NCBI GenBank assembly: GCA_963847845.1
Contig: CAWKBI010000003.1
Span: 468,483 to 532,482 of the forward strand
Direction: 5' to 3'
Length of the DNA: 64,000 bases
Origin: an uncultured Actinomycetes bacterium
GTDB lineage: Bacteria; Actinomycetota; Thermoleophilia; Gaiellales; Gaiellaceae
In this document: piece after piece, positions 1 to 9,557 of the stretch
Layout of the letters: each line of letters opens with the position of its first letter
How positions within the stretch are numbered: position 1 is the first letter of the stretch
Program-made: the position numbers and the translations under genes
The notes under the pieces: generated by a model
What the model saw: only the letters and a program-made list of their open reading frames with translations
Databases searched by the model: none
Told to the model about the DNA's origin: nothing

Positions 1-818
1 GAGCCGAGGAAGCGGAGATCGTTCGCGATCTTGGTCAGGCTGACAGCGAGCGTCTTCAGCGCGCCCGACGCTTCGACCAGCCCGTCGCGCGCGGCCTGCG
101 ACTCGAACGGGTCGGCCGGCGGCGAGATCGTCAGCCCGGTCGCCTGCTCGAGCCTCGCCCGGACGCGCTCGGCGAACTCGGGATGCGTGTTCAGGCCGGT
201 GCCGACGGCGGTGCCACCGAGCGGGATCTTGCCGAGACGCTCGAGCGACGAGGAGACCCGCGCATGGCCTTCGCGCACCTGCGCCGCGTAGCCGCCGAAC
301 TCCTGTCCGAGTGTCACGGGCACGGCGTCCATCCAGTGGGTGCGGCCCGACTTGACGACGTCGGCGAACTCCGCTGCCTTCGCCTCGAGCGTGTGCGCCA
401 GATGATCGAGCGCTGGGAGCAGGTCGTTGACGGTCTGGTCGAGCGCGGCGAGATGGACCGCCGACGGGAACACGTCGTTTGAGCTCTGGCCCATGTTGAC
501 GTGGTCGTTCGGATGGACGCCCTCGCCGGCGATCGAGGCGATCACCTCGTTCGCGTTCATGTTCGACGACGTCCCGGAACCGGTCTGGAAGACGTCGATC
601 GGAAACTGGTCGTCGAGCTCGCCCGCCGCAATCCGGTCGCCGGCAGCCGCGATCCGCTCGGCCCGGTCTGCGTCGAGCAGTCCGAGCTCCGCGTTGACAC
701 GAGCGGCCTCTGCCTTGATGCGTCCGAGCCAACGCGCGACGTGGGCGGGGATCGGCTCCCCCGAGACCGGGAAGTTGGCGATCGCCTTCGTAGTCTCACC
801 GCCCCAGTGTTCGCTCAC
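1..818 (-). CDS. fumC: class II fumarate hydratase (fumarase/aspartase superfamily); 5' part only, 3' end lies beyond the window edge
   Basis: Hand translation of the minus strand from GTG at 818: [20 protein letters not shown]...[17 protein letters not shown]...[17 protein letters not shown]...[19 protein letters not shown] start/stop overlap with the upstream gene. Not in the ORF track because no stop lies inside the window. Fumarase versus aspartase not fully separable by eye. Confidence 0.8.
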   Translation of the reverse strand, partial: MSEHWGGETTKAIANFPVSGEPIPAHVARWLGRIKAEAARVNAELGLLDADRAERIAAAGDRIAAGELDDQFPIDVFQTGSGTSSNMNANEVIASIAGEGVHPNDHVNMGQSSNDVFPSAVHLAALDQTVNDLLPALDHLAHTLEAKAAEFADVVKSGRTHWMDAVPVTLGQEFGGYAAQVREGHARVSSSLERLGKIPLGGTAVGTGLNTHPEFAERVRARLEQATGLTISPPADPFESQAARDGLVEASGALKTLAVSLTKIANDLRFLG

Positions 819-2158
819 GGCGCGGATGGTAGACCAACGTCGAGCAGCGACTCCCAGGTTCGCAGCTTGACCCGTGGGCGGCCGAGAGGCTCACCCGCGG
901 CTCGCTCTGCGCCGTCGATCGCCTGCCAGCCGGCGTGTGCGACGAACCTGACGCCGCGCTCCGCGAGCAGCGAACCGAGCTCTCCGCCCTCCGAATGGAG
1001 CTTCCCTGCGCGCGCGTCTGCGAGCAGCAGCTCGACGGTCTCGGTCGCGTCCTTCTTGTTCGTTCCGATCACGCCGCTCGGCCCGCGTTTGATCCAGCCC
1101 GCTGCGTAGGTTCGCTCGCAGTGCACCCGCCCGCCGTCGTTCGGGATCACGAAGCCGGCGTCGTCGAACGGGACGCCCGGGAGCGCGACGCCCTTGTAGC
1201 CGACGCTTCGGAGCACGAGCCCGGCGGGGATCAGCTCGGGCGGGCCGGAGGGACGGGCGACGATCCGCCCGTCTTCGACGACCAGCTCGTTGTGGACGAC
1301 CTCGACGCCCTCGACCCGCCCGTCGCCGACGATCGCGACCGGCGAGGCCAGGAACCGAAGCACGATCCGGCGCGGCTTCCCGGCCGGAGGCCGTGCAGCG
1401 TACTCGTGCAGCAGGTCGATGTTCCGGCGGGCGCGCTCGCGATCGGCCTCGAGCTCGGCCTCGCTCGCGGCATCGAGCACGAGCTCGGCCGGATCGACGA
1501 TGACATCGGCCCCGTGGAGCTCTCCTAGCTCCTTCAGCTCGGGCGGCGTGAACGCCGCCTGCACCGGCCCGCGCCGGCCGAGCATCACGATCTCCTCGAG
1601 CCCGGAGCCGACGATCGCGTCGATGGCGTCGTCGGTCGTATCGGTCGGGCCGAGCTCCTCGGCGGTGAGGGCCAGCATCCGGACGCAGTCGATCGCGACG
1701 TTGCCGTTGCCGATCACGACCGCGCGTGGGTGGGAGAGGTCGAACTCCAGATCCTGGAAGTCCGGGTGGCCGTTGTACCAGGCCACGAACGCCGTCGCGG
1801 GCCAGGAGCCGGATAGGTCTTCGCCGGGGATGCCGAGGCGGCGGTCGGTCTGGGCGCCGACCGAGTAGACAACGGCGTCGTAGAGCCGCAGCAGCTCCTC
1901 GTGTGGGACATCGCGGCCGACCTCGACGTTCCCGAAGAAGCGGAAGCCGGGCCGCGCAGCCGTCTTCTCGAAGGCCCGCGAGACGGCCTTGATGTTCTCG
2001 TGGTCGGGCGCGACGCCGAGCCGAACGAGTCCGTGTGGCGTCGGCAGCCGGTCGATCACGTCGACCTCCACCTCGGGATCGTCGCTCTTCAGCAGTGCGT
2101 CAGCAGTGTAGAAACCGGCCGGCCCGGCACCGACGACGGCGACGCGAAGAGGACCCAT
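815..2158 (-). CDS. fprA: ferredoxin-NADP(+) reductase, FprA/adrenodoxin-reductase type
   Basis: 447 aa. [14 protein letters not shown] dinucleotide fold, [47 protein letters not shown] and the C-terminal GRPRVKL block all parallel mycobacterial FprA as I recall it. Confidence 0.88.
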   Translation of the reverse strand: MGPLRVAVVGAGPAGFYTADALLKSDDPEVEVDVIDRLPTPHGLVRLGVAPDHENIKAVSRAFEKTAARPGFRFFGNVEVGRDVPHEELLRLYDAVVYSVGAQTDRRLGIPGEDLSGSWPATAFVAWYNGHPDFQDLEFDLSHPRAVVIGNGNVAIDCVRMLALTAEELGPTDTTDDAIDAIVGSGLEEIVMLGRRGPVQAAFTPPELKELGELHGADVIVDPAELVLDAASEAELEADRERARRNIDLLHEYAARPPAGKPRRIVLRFLASPVAIVGDGRVEGVEVVHNELVVEDGRIVARPSGPPELIPAGLVLRSVGYKGVALPGVPFDDAGFVIPNDGGRVHCERTYAAGWIKRGPSGVIGTNKKDATETVELLLADARAGKLHSEGGELGSLLAERGVRFVAHAGWQAIDGAERAAGEPLGRPRVKLRTWESLLDVGLPSAP

Positions 2159-2193
2159 CGGAGTTTGAGAGGCGCTCGGGGTTTGAGGGACGC

Positions 2194-2619
2194 TCAGTGG
2201 GCGCAGGTACCGCAGCCGGCGGCGGCTTCGGGCGCTTCGCCCTCAGCGACCTGGAAGCTCGAGCCGCACCCGCACGCCGAGGCGACGTTCGGGTTGTCGA
2301 TCTTGAAGCCTGACTCCTGGAGCCCCTCGAGGAAGTCAATGGTCGAACCCTGGAGATATGGCGCGCTGAACGGGTCGACGACCACCTTGACCCCGTGGAA
2401 CTCGAGCTCGAGGTCGCCCGCCTGCGCGCCCCGGTCGAAGCCGAGCGCGTATTCGAAGCCGCTGCAGCCTCCGCCCTGGATCGCGACGCGAAGGACCTCG
2501 GCCTCACCGGCCGGCTCCTGCGCCATCAGGTTGCCGATCTTCACCGCCGCCCCTGCTGTGAGGGTGACGAGGTCGGTCGTTTCCTGTTCGATCGCGGCCA
2601 TCTCCCAAAGTGTAGCCAT
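2194..2619 (-). CDS. erpA: Fe-S cluster insertion/carrier protein, HesB/IscA/ErpA family, with extra Cys-containing C-terminal tail
   Basis: VTLTAGAAVKIGNLM...LRVAIQGGGCSGFEY...IDNPNVASACGCGSSF are the A-type carrier signature. Start trimmed to ATG 2619 (alternative ATG 2601); the track ORF start at 2727 overlaps nuoA upstream DNA. Confidence 0.85.
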   Translation of the reverse strand: MATLWEMAAIEQETTDLVTLTAGAAVKIGNLMAQEPAGEAEVLRVAIQGGGCSGFEYALGFDRGAQAGDLELEFHGVKVVVDPFSAPYLQGSTIDFLEGLQESGFKIDNPNVASACGCGSSFQVAEGEAPEAAAGCGTCAH

Positions 2620-2738
2620 GCGGCCACGGAATGGAAGTTCGTGACACCTGTAACGCCGAATTTTCCTGGCATCGCGGTTCGGTTCGTGCGTGCCGAATCG
2701 AGGTGCTAGCGTCCGGCCCGACAGCACAGGGAGGCAGG

Positions 2739-3101
2739 TTGTTCAACGACTGGCTGCCGTTTGCGATCTACGGGCTCTTCGCCTTGATGATCCCGGCAAC
2801 GATGATGATCGGAAGCTTCGTCTTCGCGCAGCGGCCGCACCGCCGCGTGAGGGCTCGCACGATCCCATTCGAGTCCGGCGTTTCGCAGGGTCCGCCGCAG
2901 CGTCAGCGGTTCACGGTCAGCTTCTACCTGACCGCGATGCTGTTCATCCTGTTCGATATCGAGATCGTCTTCCTGTATCCGCTCGCGGTGATCCTGCACC
3001 TGCTGAGCTGGTTCGGCTTCTTCGAGTTTCTGGCGTTCCTGACGATCCTGCTCGTCGCGTACGTCTACATCTGGCGGAAAGGCGCGCTCGAATGGCACTA
3101 G
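2739..3101 (+). CDS. nuoA: NADH-quinone oxidoreductase subunit A
   Basis: FESGV...[25 protein letters not shown] motif. Start set to TTG 2739, preceded by GGGAGG (2729-2734). Track ORF from 2631 is probably too long. Confidence 0.88.
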   Translation: MFNDWLPFAIYGLFALMIPATMMIGSFVFAQRPHRRVRARTIPFESGVSQGPPQRQRFTVSFYLTAMLFILFDIEIVFLYPLAVILHLLSWFGFFEFLAFLTILLVAYVYIWRKGALEWH

Positions 3102-3673
3102 ACGACAAGCGCCTTCGCGACCACGGCCTCAAGTCGGAGCGCCTGCTCTGGCCGACGAAGAGCTCCTCGAAGTTCGAGGACGAGGTCAACGACCTCGAGC
3201 AGAAGGTCGGCCTGACGACGCTCGGCAAAGCAGTCGCCTGGGCGCAGACGAACTCGATGTGGCCGGACACCTTTGGGCTCGCCTGCTGCGCGATCGAGAT
3301 GATGTCGATCGTCTCGAGCCGCTACGACATTGCGCGCTTCGGGATGGAACCGTTCCGCGGCTCGCCGCGGCAGGCCGACCTGCTGATCGTCTCCGGTCGC
3401 GTCTCGCACAAGATGGCCGCCCCGCTGCGGCAGATCTACGACCAGATGCTCGAGCCGAAGTGGGTGATCGCGATGGGCGCCTGCGCCTCCTCGGGGGGCA
3501 TGTTCAACAACTACGCGATCGTCCAGTCGGTGGACAAGATCGTTTCCGTCGACATGTATGTGCCCGGCTGCCCGCCACGTCCGGAGCAGCTGATCGAGGG
3601 GATCATCCGCCTGCATGAGGCCGTCCAGGCCGGCGTGCCGCCTGCGTACGAGCTGCGGAGCGTCGCTTCTTGA
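3092..3673 (+). CDS. nuoB: NADH-quinone oxidoreductase subunit B
   Basis: [11 protein letters not shown]...[14 protein letters not shown]...VPGCPPRPE (N2 cluster cysteines). ATG 3092 overlaps the nuoA stop. Confidence 0.95.
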   Translation: MALDDKRLRDHGLKSERLLWPTKSSSKFEDEVNDLEQKVGLTTLGKAVAWAQTNSMWPDTFGLACCAIEMMSIVSSRYDIARFGMEPFRGSPRQADLLIVSGRVSHKMAAPLRQIYDQMLEPKWVIAMGACASSGGMFNNYAIVQSVDKIVSVDMYVPGCPPRPEQLIEGIIRLHEAVQAGVPPAYELRSVAS

Positions 3674-4218
3674 GCGAGTACTCCGCGTTGCCCGGGCTGG
3701 TCGAGCGGATCGACCGGCACAGTGAGACGACGCTGGTCGTCGAGCCCGGCGACCTCCTCGAGGCGGCAGTCCACCTCCGTGACGAAGCCGGGTTCACGTT
3801 CCTCGCCGACGTCACTGGTGTCGACTACCTCGGCTGGGGCTCGCTCGAGGTGTCGGGCTACATCGGCACCGCGGGCGGGCGCGACCTGAACCTGCCGATG
3901 ACGCAAGGTTTCCAGGCTTCACCGCCGCCGAAGCGCAAGCGGTTCGCGGTCAACTATCACCTGCTCGCGATCAGCGACCGGCCGCAGCGCGTGCGGCTGC
4001 AGACCTGGGTCGACGACGGCGAGCCCGTTCCGTCGGTGATCGACGTGTGGCCGACCGCCGACTGGCATGAGCGCGAGGCGTGGGACATGCTCGGCATCCA
4101 TTTCGACGGCCACCCGAACCTGAAGCGCATCCTCCTCGACGACGACTGGGAGGGGCACCCGCTGCGCAAGGACTATCCGATCGGCGGCGAGCCTGTCCGC
4201 TTCTCAGAGGAGCGATAG
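3670..4218 (+). CDS. nuoC: NADH-quinone oxidoreductase subunit C
   Basis: [10 protein letters not shown]...[32 protein letters not shown] start overlaps the nuoB stop. Confidence 0.9.
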   Translation: MSEYSALPGLVERIDRHSETTLVVEPGDLLEAAVHLRDEAGFTFLADVTGVDYLGWGSLEVSGYIGTAGGRDLNLPMTQGFQASPPPKRKRFAVNYHLLAISDRPQRVRLQTWVDDGEPVPSVIDVWPTADWHEREAWDMLGIHFDGHPNLKRILLDDDWEGHPLRKDYPIGGEPVRFSEER

Positions 4219-4220
4219 AG

Positions 4221-5492
4221 ATGGCCGTCGCACCCCCTCGCTCGCGGATCTACGAAGGCACGCGCATCCCGCGACCCATCCCGACGGTGCTGCGCACGAC
4301 GCCGGAGCTGCAGGCGACCGGTGACGTGATGACCGTCAACTTCGGGCCGAACCATCCGTCGACCCACGGCGTGCTGCGGCTGATCGTCGATCTCTACGGC
4401 GAGGACGTGACCGGTCTGGAGGCGGTGATCGGCTACCTGCACACGGGCTTCGAGAAGAACATGGAGCAGAAGACGTGGTGGAAGTGCATCACGTACCCGG
4501 AGCGCATCGACTACGTCTCGTACCAGAACAACGAGTACGTCTTCGTCGGCGCGGTCGAGAAGATGCTCTCACTCGAGATCCCGCCGAAGGCGATCTGGAT
4601 GCGCACGTTGCTCTGCGAGCTGAACCGCATCCACTCGCATCTCGTGTGGCTCGGCACTTCGGCGCTCGAGCTCGGCGCGATCTCGATGTTCTGGTACGCG
4701 TTCCGCGAGCGCGACCTGGTCCTCGACCTGTTCGAGCTCGTGACGGGCTACCGGATGCACACGCGGTACTTCCAGGTCGGCGGGCTGGCCGAGGACATTC
4801 CGCGCGGCTTCTACCCCGAGGCGCGGAAGTTCTGCGAATGGATGCCGCACGCGATCGACGACTACGAGACGCTGCTGACCCGCAACAAGATCTGGCTGGA
4901 GCGCACCGAAGGGGTCGGGCTCCTGTCCGCCGCCGACGCGATCGCGCTCGGCCAGTCGGGGCCGGTGCTGCGTGCGTCGGGCGTCGACTGGGACATCCGG
5001 CGCAGTGAGCCCTATCTCGCCTACCACCAGCTCGACTTCCGCGTTCCCGTGTTCCCGGAGGGCGACGTCTATGCCCGGTACCGCGTGCACATGGCCGAGA
5101 TGCGTGAGTCGGTGCACATCGTCAACCAGTGCCTCGACCGCCTCGAGCAGATGGAAGGCGAGCCGTGGATCGCAGACGACCGCAAGGTCGTGTTGCCACC
5201 GCGTCACGAGCTGCACACCTCGATGGAGTCGCTGATCCATCACTTCAAGCTCGTCACCGAAGGCTTCCGCGTCCCGGAAGGCGAGGTCTACTTCGCGATC
5301 GAGTCGCCGCGCGGCGAACTCGGTTGTTACATCTGCTCGGAGGGCGGCCCGAAGCCGTGGCGGGTCAAGTTCCGCGCGCCGTCGTTCGTCGCGCTGCAGG
5401 CGACCGCGACGTGCATGACCGACGCGCTGATCGCGGACATGATCGCGATCGTCGGTTCGCTCGACACCGTGATGGGCGAGGTCGACCGGTGA
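4221..5492 (+). CDS. nuoD: NADH-quinone oxidoreductase subunit D
   Basis: NFGPNHPSTHGVLRLIVDL, HTGFEKN, RIHSHLVWLGT, ESPRGELGCY. ATG 4221 lies just after the nuoC stop. Confidence 0.95.
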   Translation: MAVAPPRSRIYEGTRIPRPIPTVLRTTPELQATGDVMTVNFGPNHPSTHGVLRLIVDLYGEDVTGLEAVIGYLHTGFEKNMEQKTWWKCITYPERIDYVSYQNNEYVFVGAVEKMLSLEIPPKAIWMRTLLCELNRIHSHLVWLGTSALELGAISMFWYAFRERDLVLDLFELVTGYRMHTRYFQVGGLAEDIPRGFYPEARKFCEWMPHAIDDYETLLTRNKIWLERTEGVGLLSAADAIALGQSGPVLRASGVDWDIRRSEPYLAYHQLDFRVPVFPEGDVYARYRVHMAEMRESVHIVNQCLDRLEQMEGEPWIADDRKVVLPPRHELHTSMESLIHHFKLVTEGFRVPEGEVYFAIESPRGELGCYICSEGGPKPWRVKFRAPSFVALQATATCMTDALIADMIAIVGSLDTVMGEVDR

Positions 5493-5956
5493 CCGATCTT
5501 TATGAGGCGATTCAGAGCGAGCGGGCGAAGTACCCGCCTGAAGCGCGGTCGGCGGTGCTGCCGGCGCTGCGGCTCGCTCAGGAGCAGTACGGCTGGCTCT
5601 CACCCGACGCGCTGCGCGAGGTCGCCGAGGCGCTCGACGAGACCCCGGCGTTTTGCAAGTCGGTTGCCTCGTTCTACGACATGTTCAATCTCGCACCCGT
5701 GGGCGAGCACATGGTCGAGGTGTGCACGAACGTCTCGTGCGCTCTCTACGGCGCGCAGCAGGTGCTCGAGTCGTTCGAGTCCGAGCTCGGCTGCCGGGCA
5801 GGCGAGACGAGCGACGACGGCAAGGTGACGCTGAAGACGATCGAGTGCCTCGGCGGCTGCGGCTGGGGCACGATCGTCGCGGTCGACCACCACTACCGCA
5901 TGCACGTCACGCCGGCGGATGCGGTCGCGATCGTGGAGGAGCTTCGTGGCAGCTGA
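5489..5956 (+). CDS. nuoE: NADH-quinone oxidoreductase subunit E (2Fe-2S)
   Basis: VEVCTNVSCALYG...IECLGGCGWG cysteine pattern. GTGA overlap with the nuoD stop. Confidence 0.93.
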   Translation: MTDLYEAIQSERAKYPPEARSAVLPALRLAQEQYGWLSPDALREVAEALDETPAFCKSVASFYDMFNLAPVGEHMVEVCTNVSCALYGAQQVLESFESELGCRAGETSDDGKVTLKTIECLGGCGWGTIVAVDHHYRMHVTPADAVAIVEELRGS

Positions 5957-7280
5957 GACCAAGGAGATCGTCCTCGCCAACGCGACGACGAGCTTGGCGG
6001 AGTACGAGGCGTCTGGGGGCTACAAGCAGCTCGCCCGGGCGCGGGAGATGACGCCGGGCGATGTGACCGAGGAGGTGCTCGCGTCTGGTCTGCGCGGCCG
6101 TGGCGGCGCGTTCTTCGCAACAGGCCGTAAGTGGTCATTCGTCCCGACGAAGGAGCAGATCCCGAAGCCGCACTACCTGGTGATCAACGCCGACGAGTCC
6201 GAGCCGGGGAGCTTCAAGGACAACGAGATCCTCTCCCGCGTGCCGCACCGCTTCATCGAGGGCTGCTTGATTACGGCGCACGCGGTCGATTCGACGAACA
6301 TCTTCGTCTACATCCGCGGCGAGTACACGGGGCCGTACGAGATCATCGTCGCCGCCCTCGAGGAGCTGAAAGACCGGCCGGAGATCCGCGGCGACGTCAC
6401 GATCGTCGTCCACCGCGGCGCCGGTGCGTACATCTGCGGCGAGGAGACGGCGCTGATCGAGTCGCTCGAGGGCAAGCGCGGCCAACCGCGCTCGAAACCA
6501 CCGTTCCCGGCCATCTCGGGTGTGTACGCGTCGCCGACGGTGGTCAACAACGTCGAGACGATGGCCACAGTCGCGCCGATCCTCGAGCTCGGTGCCGCTG
6601 AGTACGCAAAGCTCGGCGTCGAGGACTCGCGCGGCACGCGCGTCGTTTCGATCTCAGGGCACGTCGCGAATGGCGGCAACTACGAGATCGAGCCTGGGAT
6701 TTCACTCCGCGACCTGATCTACGCCGAGCACCTCGGCGGCGGGGTCCCCGGCGGCCACACGCTGAAGGCGGTGATTCCGGGCGGCTCATCGACGGTGATC
6801 CTGCGCGGCGACGAGATCGATGTCGGCTACGACTTCGATTCGCTGTTGCAACTGCATACGGCAATGGGCTCGGCCGGCGTGATCTGCCTCGACGAGCGCG
6901 TCTGCATGGTGCAGCTCGGGATCCGCGTCAGCGAATTCTACGAGCACGAATCGTGCGGCAAGTGCACGCCGTGCCGAGAGGGAACGCGCTGGATGACGGC
7001 GATCCTCCGCAAGCTCGAGGCCGGCGACGCGACGAGCGCCGAGCTCGACCTGCTGCTCGACGTGTGCGACCGGATCAACGGCAAGTGCCTGTGCCCGCTC
7101 GGCGAGACCGCGGCGATGGCCGTCGCGAGCTACGTCGCGAAATTCCGCGACGAGTTCATCGCCCACATCGACGAGGGCGGCTGCCCGTTCGGTGACAGCT
7201 CCCCGCTCGATCACGTCCTTGCCCCGGTCGCGATGAACGCACGCCTCCACTCCCACGAGCCGGTCGGGTCGTTCGCGTGA
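5946..7280 (+). CDS. nuoF: NADH-quinone oxidoreductase subunit F (FMN/NADH-binding)
   Basis: GLRGRGGAFFATGRKW, NADESEPGSFKD, ESCGKCTPCREG, CPLGE. Start GTG 5946 (track start 5919 also possible). Confidence 0.95.
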   Translation: MAAETKEIVLANATTSLAEYEASGGYKQLARAREMTPGDVTEEVLASGLRGRGGAFFATGRKWSFVPTKEQIPKPHYLVINADESEPGSFKDNEILSRVPHRFIEGCLITAHAVDSTNIFVYIRGEYTGPYEIIVAALEELKDRPEIRGDVTIVVHRGAGAYICGEETALIESLEGKRGQPRSKPPFPAISGVYASPTVVNNVETMATVAPILELGAAEYAKLGVEDSRGTRVVSISGHVANGGNYEIEPGISLRDLIYAEHLGGGVPGGHTLKAVIPGGSSTVILRGDEIDVGYDFDSLLQLHTAMGSAGVICLDERVCMVQLGIRVSEFYEHESCGKCTPCREGTRWMTAILRKLEAGDATSAELDLLLDVCDRINGKCLCPLGETAAMAVASYVAKFRDEFIAHIDEGGCPFGDSSPLDHVLAPVAMNARLHSHEPVGSFA

Positions 7281-7480
7281 ACGATTCCGCCGTGGCCCCG
7301 CAGGACGTGGCCCGTCGCCAAACCAGCGTGACAAAAGTGTCACAGATCATCCACAGCCCTTCGCGCGCGGCCAGCCTTCGAGCAGTTCTCATCCTTCCGG
7401 CCGTCGCAATCCGGGACCTGGCCGTTCGCCAAACGACGCTTGTCGAAGTGTCACAAACGATCCACAGGTCTCTGGCGTGA
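7277..7480 (+). CDS. hypothetical 67-aa protein with an internal 37-codon-spaced duplication, exactly filling the nuoF-nuoG gap (coding status uncertain)
   Basis: GTG overlaps the nuoF TGA (GTGA, 7277-7280) and its TGA overlaps the nuoG GTG (GTGA, 7477-7480). Encodes QDVARRQTSVTKVSQIIHS / RDLAVRQTTLVEVSQTIHR. Third-position GC is visibly lower than in flanking nuo genes, so it may be non-coding. Confidence 0.35.
   Translation: MNDSAVAPQDVARRQTSVTKVSQIIHSPSRAASLRAVLILPAVAIRDLAVRQTTLVEVSQTIHRSLA
7304..7467 (+). repeat. two 53-nt direct repeats (7304-7356 and 7415-7467) offset by 111 nt; repeat 1 contains the palindrome GTGACA-AAAG-TGTCAC (7328-7343)
   Basis: Hand alignment gives 38/53 identical positions. 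Shared core AAGTGTCACA.A..ATCCACAG. Confidence 0.8.
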
Positions 7481-9555
7481 CGAAGCCTGCGCCCGAGCTG
7501 GTCACCGTCACGATCGACGAGCGGCAGGTGCAGGTGCCGAAGGGCACCGGGATGGTCGAGACGGCCGCGGCGGCCGGGATCGAGATTCCCGTCTTCTGTT
7601 ACGAGCCGCGGCTCGGGCCGCCGGTCGGGGCTTGCCGCATGTGCCTCGTCGAGGTGGAGGGGATGCCGAAGCTCCAGGCCGGCTGCACCCTGACAGCCGT
7701 CGACGGGATGGTCGTGAAGACCGCGCGGTCGTCGGCGCAGGCTGCCGAGGGGCAGAACGCGACCCTCGAATTCATCCTCGTCAACCATCCGCTCGACTGC
7801 CCGGTCTGCGACAAGGGCGGCGAATGTCCGCTGCAGGACTTGACGTTCCGCTACGGCCCCGGCAACACGCGGATGACGTTCCCGAAGCGGACGATGGAGA
7901 AGCCGATTCCGATCTCGCCGCTGATCGCGCTCGACCGCGAACGCTGCATCCTCTGTTACCGCTGCACGCGCTTCAGCGAAGGCGTCGCCGAGGACGGGCA
8001 ACTCGTCGCGATCAACCGCGGCGCGGAATCCGTGATCGCGACGTTCGAGGACGAGCCGTACAAAGGCCACTTCTCCGGCAACGTGACCGAGATCTGCCCT
8101 GTCGGTGCGCTGACCTCGACGCAGTACCGTTTCGAGGCGCGCCCCTGGGAGATCCAGACCGTGCCATCGGTCTGCGGTATGTGCCCGGTCGGCTGCAACA
8201 TCAACGCGACGACCCGCGAGGGCAAGGTCAAGCGGATCCAGTCGCGCAACCATCCGGAGATCGACGAGGGCTGGCTGTGCGACAAGGGTCGGTTCGCCTA
8301 CGCGCATCTCGACGCCGCCGACCGGATCACGACGCCGCTCCGCAAGGCCGGCCCGCGCCGCTTCGAGCCGATCTCGTGGGACGACGCAATCGACCACGCG
8401 GCAAACCTGCTGCGCGAGGGCGGCGCATCGACCGTGACCGCGCTCTCCGGTGGCGAGTCCGTTGAGGAGGCATACGCCCTCGCGAAGCTGATGCGGCGCG
8501 GGCTCGGAGCGCACAACGCTGTGCTCACCGAGGAGCCGTCCGACTTCGGCGGCTCGCCGCTGTCCGCCCTGCGTGACGCGCACACGATCGCTGTGCTCTG
8601 CGACGTTCCCGTCGTCGAGCGTGCGCCGATCGTCGATCTCTGGCTGAAGGCCGCTCGGCGCGCCGGAGCCTCTGTCTCCTATGAGCGGCCGACAGCCGCC
8701 GTCGACGCGATCGTCACCGACGACCCGGCGAACGTCGCTCTCGTCGACGCGACGCACGTCTACGTCCTGCCGTTCACGCCGAACGGCCGCGGTGTCGCCG
8801 ACGCCTGGAGCGCGGCCGGTGACGAAGATCCCGTCGACGACTCTCCACGCGTGCTGCTCATCTCGGGCGACGAAGCCGCCATGAACGAGGACGTCCGCGC
8901 CCTCGCCGCCGAGGCGGAGATCGTGATCGGCATCGGCCTGTTCGAAGAGAGCTTCCGGAGCTTCGCCGACCTCGTTCTTCCCGGCACGAGCTACCTCGAG
9001 CGCGACGGGACGACCGTCAACCTCGAAGGGCGGCTGCAGCGCCAGCGCCGCGCCGTACTCGCGCCCGTACCCGACGTGCTCGCGTGGCTCGCGAAGCTCG
9101 GCGAGCAGTTCGGCGTCGAGATCTCTCCTCACGCCTCGGTCGTCTTCGACGAGATCTCCGAGCGCTGCTACGGCGGCGTCACCTTCGCCGAGCTCGGCGA
9201 ACGCGCCCCGCTCCCGCCGCGCGCCGCGACGCCGGAGCGACCGACGACCGCTCCAAGTAAGCCAGTGGGACAAGGCAAAGGCTTGCGCCTGATCGCCTAT
9301 AAGCCGCTCTTCTCCGGCGCCGCGGTCGAGCGAACGCCCGAGCTGCACTTCCAGCGGCCCGCCGCCGAGGTCGAGCTGTCGGCAGAGGACGCGCGCTCGC
9401 GCGGGATCCGCAACGGCGCCACCGTCACCGTCGCCTCGAACGGCACGTCGCTCGAGCTACGCGCACGGATCGCCCGCGACCTCGCGGCCGGAGCCGTTCG
9501 CATCGCGCTGGAGCACGCCGAGGGCCTGCACCTGACCGTCGAAGTGAGCGTCTAG
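7477..9555 (+). CDS. nuoG: NADH-quinone oxidoreductase subunit G
   Basis: IPVFCYEPRL...GACRMCLVEV, NHPLDCPVCDKGGECPLQD, CILCYRCTRF, CPVGALT. Confidence 0.95.
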   Translation: MTKPAPELVTVTIDERQVQVPKGTGMVETAAAAGIEIPVFCYEPRLGPPVGACRMCLVEVEGMPKLQAGCTLTAVDGMVVKTARSSAQAAEGQNATLEFILVNHPLDCPVCDKGGECPLQDLTFRYGPGNTRMTFPKRTMEKPIPISPLIALDRERCILCYRCTRFSEGVAEDGQLVAINRGAESVIATFEDEPYKGHFSGNVTEICPVGALTSTQYRFEARPWEIQTVPSVCGMCPVGCNINATTREGKVKRIQSRNHPEIDEGWLCDKGRFAYAHLDAADRITTPLRKAGPRRFEPISWDDAIDHAANLLREGGASTVTALSGGESVEEAYALAKLMRRGLGAHNAVLTEEPSDFGGSPLSALRDAHTIAVLCDVPVVERAPIVDLWLKAARRAGASVSYERPTAAVDAIVTDDPANVALVDATHVYVLPFTPNGRGVADAWSAAGDEDPVDDSPRVLLISGDEAAMNEDVRALAAEAEIVIGIGLFEESFRSFADLVLPGTSYLERDGTTVNLEGRLQRQRRAVLAPVPDVLAWLAKLGEQFGVEISPHASVVFDEISERCYGGVTFAELGERAPLPPRAATPERPTTAPSKPVGQGKGLRLIAYKPLFSGAAVERTPELHFQRPAAEVELSAEDARSRGIRNGATVTVASNGTSLELRARIARDLAAGAVRIALEHAEGLHLTVEVSV

Positions 9556-9557
9556 GC

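Noticed and set aside
2159-2193. Tandem ~17-nt near-repeat GTTTGAGAGGCGCTCGG / GTTTGAGGGACGCTCAG between the erpA stop and the fprA start
   Set aside because: Only two short imperfect units in a 35-nt spacer. This is indistinguishable from chance or a simple slippage duplication, and no structure or motif was recognised.
7328-7343. Interpreting the GTGACAAAAGTGTCAC palindrome as a Rex (TTGTGAA-N4/6-TTCACAA) or CRP/FNR (TGTGA-N6-TCACA) operator, which would make sense for a nuo operon
   Set aside because: Half-site sequence and spacing do not fit either consensus: here it is GTGACA-N4-TGTCAC, i.e. GTG-N10-CAC. A loosely similar GTGACACCTGTAAC upstream of nuoA (about 2643-2656) has different spacing. 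Kept only as 'unknown palindrome' within the nuoF-G finding.
7156-9348. 730-aa minus-strand ORF, together with similar long ORFs at 4569-5603(-), 9552-10580(-), 12547-13878(-), 14600-15814(-), 20193-21410(+), 47236-48621(+), 49606-50931(+), 61157-62230(+)
   Set aside because: All are antisense to genes with unmistakable family motifs (nuoG, nuoD, nuoH, nuoL, nuoM/N, purU, ftsH-like, pncB, hemA). They are Arg/Ala/Gly/Asp-rich with no recognisable domains. This is the classic stop-codon-poor shadow-frame effect of high-GC DNA.
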